Of a stretch of 64,000 bases of DNA, positions 55,639 to 63,052 are shown piece after piece (position 1 is the stretch's first letter; the number at the start of each line of letters is the position of its first letter). The stretch comes from a virus: positions 96,001 to 160,000 of IMG/VR virus record IMGVR_UViG_3300022872_000001. The stretch is one strand, 5' to 3'. The notes below the pieces were generated by a model. It saw only the letters and a list, made by a program, of their open reading frames with translations, did not search any database and was not told where the DNA came from. The position numbers and the translations under genes are program-made.

Positions 55639-56997
55639 ATGGGAATGAAGGTAGTTAGCCCCAAAGCTGAACTTGCCGTACTTCGAGGCATGTGCAATCG
55701 TGATGCAAAGATTGCAGGTACTCTTATTCAAGGAATTGAAAAATCGTATTTCAATATACCTGAATCAATCGAGCTCTTCGAGTCAATTCATAGCTACATG
55801 GCGGACAACGGTTCGCCACCTACGTACAGATTACTGTTAGAAGATCCAGAACTAACGGATGAAGCCCGTTCACACATGCGGGATTCACAGCAGGTAATTA
55901 CGGATATTAAATCAGCAAATAAGGCTATCCGAGTTTTGGATATGTATCGCAAACGTCGCGGTATTGCCAATCTCGTTGAAACAGTTATTAGAGAAAGTTC
56001 GAAGCCTAAGTTTGACGCAGATGATGTGCTACATAAGGCTTCGGAAAGCATTGCGATCATGCGAACCAAAAGAGCAAATGATGATTCGTTCGTTCACTTT
56101 GGTAAGAATGACTCAAGCGAGAAATTAATTAAGTCAATTCTTTACGACGATAATTCTGACCAAATTATCCCTACAGGATTCAAGGCATTCGATGCTGAAT
56201 CAGGAGGATACGCGCGAGGTGCATTAGTAACAATTGGTGCTAATTCAGGTGGCGGTAAATCTGCTACTGCATCTCAATTAGCTATCAATCAAACAAGCAT
56301 GGGTTATAAGGTACTGTTGGTTCCCTTGGAAATGTCCAAATGGGAAATGACGGCACGTATTATGGCTAATGTCACGAAGACAAACTTGACCAATATCTTA
56401 ACTCAGCGTCTATCTACCAATGACCGAGATATTGTCTACAAGAAGATGCGCAAGTGGCGGAAGAACTGTAAAGCCAAGGGAGGGCGTTACACGATCTTTA
56501 AACCGCCTACTGATATGACGATTGAAGAGATCATGGCGTCGATCAGCGCCATCCAATGCGATGTGGTCATAATCGATTATATCTCATTATTGAAAGGCAC
56601 AGATGATGAGAATCAATGGCGTACACTCGGATCTGTGGCACGCTATGCCAAGATCAATGCAGAAAATATGAATAGAGTTAATGTCCTCCTGTGTCAGGTT
56701 TCGGATGAAGGTAAGATTCGTTACGCAGGTGCCATCAAGGAGCATAGCGCCAATTCTTGGATCTGGGTTGCAACTAAGGAAACCAAGGAACTAGGCATCA
56801 ATATTGTGGAGCAGCTTAAGTCACGTAATAGTAAGGCTTTCCCATTCAGACTGAAAACGAACCTGGAGTTCATGCGAATTAAGGATGCGCCTATGGACGA
56901 TTCATTGGGATCAGACCCTGAGGAAACTGCTAGTGGTAAAAAGAAGGGCAAGAAGGAAAAACAACTTAAGAATCTTGCCATGGAATCGGACGTCTAA
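55639..56997 (+). CDS. dnaB: replicative helicase DnaB-like
   Basis: IPTGFKAFD..GG..RGALVTIGANSGGGKS; LEMS; VIIDYISLL; AIKEHSA; QLKSRN. Confidence 0.9.
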   Translation: MGMKVVSPKAELAVLRGMCNRDAKIAGTLIQGIEKSYFNIPESIELFESIHSYMADNGSPPTYRLLLEDPELTDEARSHMRDSQQVITDIKSANKAIRVLDMYRKRRGIANLVETVIRESSKPKFDADDVLHKASESIAIMRTKRANDDSFVHFGKNDSSEKLIKSILYDDNSDQIIPTGFKAFDAESGGYARGALVTIGANSGGGKSATASQLAINQTSMGYKVLLVPLEMSKWEMTARIMANVTKTNLTNILTQRLSTNDRDIVYKKMRKWRKNCKAKGGRYTIFKPPTDMTIEEIMASISAIQCDVVIIDYISLLKGTDDENQWRTLGSVARYAKINAENMNRVNVLLCQVSDEGKIRYAGAIKEHSANSWIWVATKETKELGINIVEQLKSRNSKAFPFRLKTNLEFMRIKDAPMDDSLGSDPEETASGKKKGKKEKQLKNLAMESDV

Positions 56998-57006
56998 AGG
57001 AAAACT

Positions 57007-57690
57007 ATGACACAACTTATCTCGGCGGCGAACTCGAAGTTCACAGGAGGAGCGCTGTCGTACATGATCGAAACAATCTGGCCATCGATGTACTCGAAGC
57101 CTGCAAAGGCCGCGACCTTGGCGGATCGGCACACAAATGAGATATTCTTCATCATGCGTAAGGTGGTGCCGCAGGAGATTGGCATCGAACACGTGGTCGG
57201 CATTACGGGGTTCTTTCTTGATCTTACACAACCTAAGAATATTTATCTACGTTGGACAGGGATTATTCCTAGTGAACGTCGCAAGGGTGTGACTAAGGAT
57301 GCCATGGATATCTTAATCAAGAAACTTCGTATCGAATATCCTGCATATGAGTATCTGATTGAGTTAGTTCCGGACAACGAATATGGAAAAACCGTGGCTT
57401 TACCTTTCTTTTCTGCCTATGGTTTCAAACCACACACAGAGGAAGTTCCTAAAGGTGAGGACGATTCCTGGAATTGTATTCCCTACGCTTTTAGGTTGTG
57501 TGGATCTGAACTGGTAGTAAAAGACATTCACTATGGCATTAAAGCAGGGGATATAGTGGAATCCCCAGGTTGGTACCTTACTGAACTTATAGTTGTAGAC
57601 GTAAATTGGGCTTTAAAAGCAGCGGCAATCAAGTTAGGTAAACACGGATCTACTGTAGTATGGCCTGTTGAAAATTTGAGGAAGATTTAA
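57007..57690 (+). CDS. GNAT-like acetyltransferase with C-terminal SH3/KOW-like domain
   Basis: YLRWTGIIPSERRKGVTK (motif A); LPFFSAYGFK (motif B); C-terminal IKAGDIVE...VWPVENLRKI. Confidence 0.6.
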   Translation: MTQLISAANSKFTGGALSYMIETIWPSMYSKPAKAATLADRHTNEIFFIMRKVVPQEIGIEHVVGITGFFLDLTQPKNIYLRWTGIIPSERRKGVTKDAMDILIKKLRIEYPAYEYLIELVPDNEYGKTVALPFFSAYGFKPHTEEVPKGEDDSWNCIPYAFRLCGSELVVKDIHYGIKAGDIVESPGWYLTELIVVDVNWALKAAAIKLGKHGSTVVWPVENLRKI

Positions 57691-57691
57691 C

Positions 57692-58000
57692 GTGAAAATT
57701 TCCATCGATTTTGACGACACAATAACTCGTGATCCTGCCTTCTTTCTTGAGGTAGCCAAACTTGCCTTATCCGCAGGGCATCAACCTATGGTAGTAACGA
57801 TGCGTTATCCATGGGATACAGATGAGAGATTAGGTGACTTCTCCAATATTGGAATTCCTATCTACTATACTTCGCATAAAGCCAAGAAGGAGTATATGTT
57901 CAAACAAGGTATCAATATAGATGTATGGATGGATGATAATCCTGCCTTTATACTTATGGATGCCAAACTACAAACCCAACCAGAGGACTCAAATGAATAA
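57692..58000 (+). CDS. small HAD-superfamily phosphatase
   Basis: ISIDFDDTI, VVTMR, K, VWMDDNP. Confidence 0.8.
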   Translation: MKISIDFDDTITRDPAFFLEVAKLALSAGHQPMVVTMRYPWDTDERLGDFSNIGIPIYYTSHKAKKEYMFKQGINIDVWMDDNPAFILMDAKLQTQPEDSNE

Positions 58001-58373
58001 ATTTAGTAAACCTTCACCTGTAGCGGGTGAATTAAACAATACCGAATCAGAGAAGCAAGAAGCAAATTTCCGCGCAGCAATGACGCGGCACCACGCAGAA
58101 TGGGAAACAGTATATCCCAAGCGTACCGTTGATCTGTATCGGCATATGTTCGTGGAAGGTGTACGCGAAGGCATTAATAGCCTGACTAATGCGACACACT
58201 ACCACCCTACAATACTTACCAAGGAAGAACTACAGGCGAAGATCAAAGCGGGTACCTATATTGGGCCTGTAGTACATCATGATGGATTGGGAAATGTATT
58301 CGTAGGTAACTTAGAATGTGTACCAAGCAATCCAGAAGGTACGGTTGATGTCTTTCCAACCCAAAAGGCGTAA
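57993..58373 (+). CDS. hypothetical protein
   Basis: ATG at 57993 with GAGGA; overlaps the HAD stop. Confidence 0.65.
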   Translation: MNKFSKPSPVAGELNNTESEKQEANFRAAMTRHHAEWETVYPKRTVDLYRHMFVEGVREGINSLTNATHYHPTILTKEELQAKIKAGTYIGPVVHHDGLGNVFVGNLECVPSNPEGTVDVFPTQKA

Positions 58374-58400
58374 GGTTAGAATGTATATAAGGAGGAATTC

Positions 58401-58682
58401 ATGACACCCGCCATACAATATCCTGAAGGATTTGAGGTTCATCAACATACCTGCGTAACTACGATTGATCAATGTGCGCGTCTTATGTTGCGTAGAGCCC
58501 AGCAGTCATACAAGGTAGGTGCGATGAGTGCTTACATTGCTGAACGCAAAGCAGCCATAGCTCTGTTTCAAAACGCGGAACTGTGGGCTAACGTATTCAT
58601 CATAGCCTATACATGGCCTGACGATATCACCAAAGCAATCCTTGAGTTGGCTAAGGAAGATAACTTATCTATGTGGAAATGA
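58401..58682 (+). CDS. hypothetical protein (93 aa)
   Basis: AAGGAGG RBS. Confidence 0.7.
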   Translation: MTPAIQYPEGFEVHQHTCVTTIDQCARLMLRRAQQSYKVGAMSAYIAERKAAIALFQNAELWANVFIIAYTWPDDITKAILELAKEDNLSMWK

Positions 58683-59038
58683 ATATGCACTATCACGATG
58701 ACACTAGCATAGACCGAGCTATCATATCAGCTGAGTGTATGTCAGTATACAGGCAAAATAGATTTAGACGTATACCTGTTGGATCTATCGCTAAATGGAC
58801 GTGTTCATCAACTGGACACGTGCAGATCGGAGGTGTCTACGTGACGGCAACAGTGCATTTAGATAGGCCGCGTTCAGATAGAGAGCTTGTACAGGCTATG
58901 TTAGACGCGGAAGAGGAGATATTAAAAGATGCCCACAATCCACACATAGCCGAGTATCATGGATGGACATACATTAAGGAGATTAACATGCTGATATGGA
59001 ATTTCCTCGTTGTAGATTTACCAGACACGTGGAAATAG
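58673..59038 (+). CDS. hypothetical protein (121 aa)
   Basis: Last gene before the terminator. Start uncertain. Confidence 0.6.
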   Translation: MEMNMHYHDDTSIDRAIISAECMSVYRQNRFRRIPVGSIAKWTCSSTGHVQIGGVYVTATVHLDRPRSDRELVQAMLDAEEEILKDAHNPHIAEYHGWTYIKEINMLIWNFLVVDLPDTWK

Positions 59039-59042
59039 GAAG

Positions 59043-59074
59043 AGCCCCAGTATCTTTTGACAGATACTGGGGCT
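59043..59074. terminator. bidirectional terminator
   Basis: AGCCCCAGTATCT-tttgac-AGATACTGGGGCT followed by TTCTCTTT, between convergent blocks. Confidence 0.85.
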
Positions 59075-59108
59075 TTCTCTTTGCTGATGAGGATTTGTAA
59101 TCTACCTA

Positions 59109-59162
59109 CTACAGACTTTTCATTTTCTTCATGACTTCGCCGACTTCTTCGATTTTCATCAT
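59109..59162 (-). other. mini-ORF MMKIEEVGEVMKKMKSL* with strong RBS (possible remnant)
   Basis: TAAGGAGCC-ATGATGAAAATCGAA directly after the 59169 stop. Ends in TAG TAG. Confidence 0.35.
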
Positions 59163-59168
59163 GGCTCC

Positions 59169-59603
59169 TTAGATCAGCTTGTTGAGAGTCTTGATAAAAG
59201 CTTTGCAGTTATCAACAGTTACCTGCGCATCTTCCATTTCATACCCAACATTCTTCAAGATGAGCTTGGCTTCACTCGCCAAGTCTTTCTTGAACTTCAC
59301 AAAGCTCTGACCCGAAGCGTTGATGTCATCGCTGGTCTGGTCTTTGCCACCTTTGACATGCCCCAATAGACTGAGACCTCCGCTGCCTGGGCTCAGTGTC
59401 AGGTTACCTACAAACATATCATTGTCCCACTCGACCTCTTGATAGTCGCCGGGGTTTTCTTCAGCATGCTTCACCGCATCCCGTTTGACTTTCTTTGGGG
59501 CACCAAAGATCTTGGTGAGCCACTTCAAAGCTTCCCCTGCATCCACTTCATCAGCAGCTGTAACTTTGCGTGATTGAATACGCATTGCGGCTTCGATTTT
59601 CAT
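59169..59603 (-). CDS. hypothetical protein with MKIEAAMRIQS leader (candidate packaged/injected protein)
   Basis: AGGAG RBS. Leader shared with 60574-60798 and 20560-20862. Confidence 0.75.
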   Translation of the reverse strand: MKIEAAMRIQSRKVTAADEVDAGEALKWLTKIFGAPKKVKRDAVKHAEENPGDYQEVEWDNDMFVGNLTLSPGSGGLSLLGHVKGGKDQTSDDINASGQSFVKFKKDLASEAKLILKNVGYEMEDAQVTVDNCKAFIKTLNKLI

Positions 59604-59621
59604 ACCTACTCCTAGTTGTTA

Positions 59622-59648
59622 TGAGAAAAGAGGGAGCCGAAACTCCCT
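59622..59648 (-). terminator. UUCG-loop terminator
   Basis: - strand AGGGAGT-TTCG-GCTCCCT-CTTTTCTC after the 59656 gene. Confidence 0.85.
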
Positions 59649-59655
59649 CCTTCAA

Positions 59656-60429
59656 TTAAGCTACAGATTCGTGCTCGATCATGTCGATAACTTCCGCCAG
59701 ATATGTTGGGCTGTAACCAAACAACTGTTTGTAGTATTCAATCTGCTGGTTCTTATCTTCCCGCGAGATACCTGCCTTCACGATCTTATTGTGAACCGAA
59801 CGAGGTGTCTTGATACGGTGAATCGAAGCAACCTGGGAAGCCTGCACAATAGTAGGCTGGCGAGTAGCGAACGAAACTACACGCATCTTTTCAGGATTCG
59901 AAGCAACGCAGAAACCGTATTCCATATCGCCTGAGGTAGAAGCAAAAGCCACAAATTCATGGCGAGCCGCAGTAGCCAGAGAGATTTGATGAATCTTAGG
60001 AATGTCCGAACGATGGTTTGTGGAAGCTTCAATCAGGTCAGAAAGGTCTTCCTGACCCTTACGTGCCAGATAACGGCCAGCTGCGCCACTCTTAACCTCC
60101 CACAGAGTTTCATCCGAGTTATCCATAAGGATATTCGAACTCATCACCTTGTAGCCTGCACGCAGTTCGTTATCGTTCTTCACTGCACGGACAGGACGAT
60201 TGGAACGTAGGAAGCCAATAGCGACGCCTTCTTGGACGGTACGGAAGGAATTCTCAACCGGAGCAGCCAGGAACTTCATACGCTGGCACAGAGTATCCTG
60301 AATCTCCTGCTTATCGTAGTCACCTGTGAAAGCAAGGATCACACGAGCCAACTGAGGCCGGATCATCGAGTAATCGGTCATCGACATTGTGTTGGTGCTG
60401 ATATCCCGGGAATTAAATGCTTTAGTCAT
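59656..60429 (-). CDS. probable abundant virion/head protein (257 aa)
   Basis: GGAG-aaagta-ATG at 60429. Has its own terminator. Codon choice looks like highly expressed genes (qualitative). Confidence 0.7.
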   Translation of the reverse strand: MTKAFNSRDISTNTMSMTDYSMIRPQLARVILAFTGDYDKQEIQDTLCQRMKFLAAPVENSFRTVQEGVAIGFLRSNRPVRAVKNDNELRAGYKVMSSNILMDNSDETLWEVKSGAAGRYLARKGQEDLSDLIEASTNHRSDIPKIHQISLATAARHEFVAFASTSGDMEYGFCVASNPEKMRVVSFATRQPTIVQASQVASIHRIKTPRSVHNKIVKAGISREDKNQQIEYYKQLFGYSPTYLAEVIDMIEHESVA

Positions 60430-60573
60430 TACTTTCTCCAAAAGCGACAGTTTAAACAGATAGGAGTGAGAAAATGCCTACTCGATTGTAGGTCATTGAT
60501 AATATGAAATTGTTGGTTGTTACTTATACCTTGCCGATACCTGCGCTGATGTCTTTCAGCTCCGCCTAAAAAA

Positions 60574-60798
60574 TTAATACAGATTTTCAATTGCATTCAA
60601 AATCTTAAGACTGTCATCCCTTAACTGTTGTATAAAACGTTTTTGAGTAGAGTCATCCTCACTTTTCAAGGCTCTCGTTAAATCCGCAGTTACCTTTGCG
60701 GCGTTTTCGCTTGCACTTTTGAGAAATTTAACTTTTGGTTTTTCGTCTGAGGCCGTGACCTTGCACGACTGAATACGATTTGCTGCTTCGATCTTCAT
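60574..60798 (-). CDS. hypothetical protein with MKIEAANRIQS leader (74 aa)
   Basis: The first 19 aa are nearly identical to those of the 59169-59603 protein; the remainder is unrelated. Confidence 0.7.
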   Translation of the reverse strand: MKIEAANRIQSCKVTASDEKPKVKFLKSASENAAKVTADLTRALKSEDDSTQKRFIQQLRDDSLKILNAIENLY

Positions 60799-60887
60799 TT
60801 TGTTTCATTCGTTTGTTTGGATTCAATATGGAATTGAAAACTGTAAATTGAGAATTGTTACTACTGGTGAATCTTGAAAAGTGTAAA

Positions 60888-62163
60888 TCAGTTATTAATC
60901 CATTTGAGAATCTTATTCTTCATTTCCTGCTTTGCTCTCTTACCTGTGTGTAATTCCCAATCAGGTTTCTTAGGCGTTGAAAGGATAAAATGAGTAATAG
61001 ATCCTTTGCGCTCACCTTTAACCTTACTGCTATCCTTATTAGGACGCATTACTAATAGAAGAAAAAGGTAGCCCGCTTTCACTACAGCCTTACCTTTCGA
61101 TAATACCACTGGATCTACAGTTGTACCTTTTTCCAAGCCTGCCGTGTACGCACTCTTTACCTCTATATAAAGCTTTTGGTCATTGTGCCTAATACGTAAA
61201 TCTGGATAGTAATAGTGCTCTACCTTGTTTTGCGTATAAATAAAATTGCGCATCTTTTCACATACCAGATATTTTACAGGTATCCCCCATTTTAGGAGAT
61301 AGTGCATTGCCATATCCTCATATCCTTGTACCGAGAAGGTTTTTCCAAAAGCCTCCATGGAATACGTATGATGCAATTTCTTTATATGGGCGGCATAGTG
61401 TTCCGAATTTTGCATCGGATGCTCTACACCATAATTACGCAAATACGTATCCACCACACGCTTTCGGATAGTAGGGCTTGAACTTGCATTATCGAACCTG
61501 TATCTCTTTTGATTGGTATTTCTTGTCTTCTCTTTTAATACAAAGGACTGCATGGAGTTTTCTGCTCCGTATCTTTCCACCATGGTTATTTTGGCTTTCT
61601 TCATGGTTTCAGGATCCTGAAACGGTACCCTATACTTACCTTTGGTCCTGGCGAGTACGGTTTGTTCTTTTTTGCGTTTAACAAGGGAAGATTGGCTAGC
61701 GTTCCTGCGTAGTGTTTCGCATCTTAGCTTGAACTTTGGCGGATTGCGCCGGACGCCTGACACCCAATTTCTTAAGGTTGGTAGCTTCTACCTTCTTCCG
61801 AACCTTTGTGGATTGGGTAGGCCACTTACAGCCACGCCTTGCCAGATTAGTTGCTTCTTTCTTCGCACGAATTACGGGAGAATTCTGTACACAAGAGGTA
61901 GAGCAGTATTCCTTCCAACCTAAATCTAACCTGGCGAAACCCACAGGCCCCTTGCAGGTGACGCAGGTGGATCTTGCACTGGGATTAAGGTATTGGTATA
62001 GGTGCTCTGCCTTAATAACTGCAACCTTAAATTTCTCCTGTAATTTAACCAGAAGTTTTGGATTGTGCGCATCTAAGTATCCGTGAGGTCCGAAGTTCCG
62101 AGGTGCTGCCTCACGGATCTTAAGAATCTTCTTGTACAGCTTTTGTTTTTCTACCGTATTCAT
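60888..62163 (-). pseudogene. frameshifted free-standing PD-(D/E)XK homing-endonuclease-like gene (ORFs 61696-62163 and 60888-61763)
   Basis: N-part: CxxC fingers and TNLKKLGV repeats, stopping at QER*. C-part continues NASQS repeats in the +1 frame and carries YYPDLRI...YIEVKS. Confidence 0.7.
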
Positions 62164-62193
62164 AGTAAACTCCGTATTTGTTTCCTCATACGT

Positions 62194-62201
62194 TATTTAC
62201 T
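62194..62201 (-). promoter_or_regulatory. AGTAAATA promoter-like motif (- strand)
   Basis: 30 nt upstream of the ATG at 62163. Context CTAAGCAGTAAATA resembles CTAGCAGTAAATA at 2364-2376. Confidence 0.5.
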
Positions 62202-62213
62202 GCTTAGATAATG

Positions 62214-63040
62214 CTAAACTGAGTCCACCCAATCCGTATATTTGAACGTAATTGCCAGAGAAACGATGTTGGTACTCCCTCCGTCCATTGCGACCTCACC
62301 CATAGTCTGCGGATATAGACCAGACAGATTCACCGTACGGACTACCTCAGGTATATCATCATATACGACGATCTGGCCAGATACCTTGTATGCGGAAGAC
62401 AAGGTACCTGAATTATTACGCCATGACCGAATAGCTTCCATCCAGGCACCAAACTTCGCACGGGTACCCCAGTCATTTGTTTCCAGGAAACCCATTTGTA
62501 TGGAATGGGTATAAATCTTACGACCTGGGAACGGAACAGTTACACCATGCAAGGCTACGTCCAAATCCTCGAAGGCAGTACCTGGTAATTCAAGAGTCTG
62601 ACATTTGAAGGTCAGATCACGTGTATCACTAGAACCTGGAATAGCTGGCAGAAAAAGATCAAAATTCCCACTTATGTTCCGCATTAGTCGTTACACCAAT
62701 GCGCGCCTTTAGGCAGCTCTAGCTTTCACTAGAAGGTCAGACTATATCTTCACCCTGAGTAGCAGGGGCTTCCTATTTCCCGCCACTTGGCGGTACGGCT
62801 TGCGCCTAGTCGTTGAACCTTCCGCTGTTCGCGGCTTGGCTGCTGATTGCCCAATCCTAAAGTTTTTCAAACCTTCGCGCTCACCTATATTTCAAGGTCA
62901 CGCTGTGGTACTTATAGGCTCTAAGGGGTTTCCAGCAATTAAGGAAAATTTTACTGCATCATTACTAATGCAGGTCGCAGAATTTACGACTGTGCAGGAT
63001 CAGGTAAACTCTGAATATCAAAAATGCTAGATCGAGCCAT
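62214..63040 (-). CDS. tail tube protein (T4 gp19-like), spliced: exon 1 63040-62986, exon 2 62668-62214, 169 aa
   Basis: AGGAG RBS plus MARSSIFDIQSLPDPAQS. Splicing gives T|GG = Trp and PDPAQSWNFDLFLP. Exon 2 has KCQTLELPG, FPGRKIY and LYPQTMGEV tube motifs. Confidence 0.85.
62669..62985 (-). ncRNA. group I self-splicing intron (IA-like, 317 nt, no internal ORF)
   Basis: P AAUUGCUGGAAA (62940-62929), Q AAUCAGCAGCC (62848-62838), R GGUUCAACGACUA (62819-62807), S AAGAUAUAGUC (62750-62740). P1 with U.G pair, P10 match to exon 2, terminal G. Confidence 0.92.
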
Positions 63041-63052
63041 ACTAGAACTCCT

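Noticed and set aside
59100-59162. Amber (TAG) recoding suggested by tandem TAGs and short ORFs
   Set aside because: TAG terminates well-supported genes (9442, 11004, 14401, 18251) and long genes are not fragmented.
20881-60512. Second motif (C/A)AATTT(T/C)AT upstream of - strand genes (20889, 35579, 60512)
   Set aside because: AT-rich, only three loose copies, and inconsistent spacing (18-74 nt). Not distinguishable from chance by eye.
62214-62684. 156-aa tube protein starting MRNISG, as in the ORF track
   Set aside because: That ATG is inside the intron and has no RBS. The true N-terminus is exon 1 at 63040.
62685-62697. Second R-like element (GUAACGACUA) suggesting a nested intron
   Set aside because: It folds into a P9-region hairpin (CGCAUUGG...CUAAUGCG) and lacks its own P, Q and S elements.
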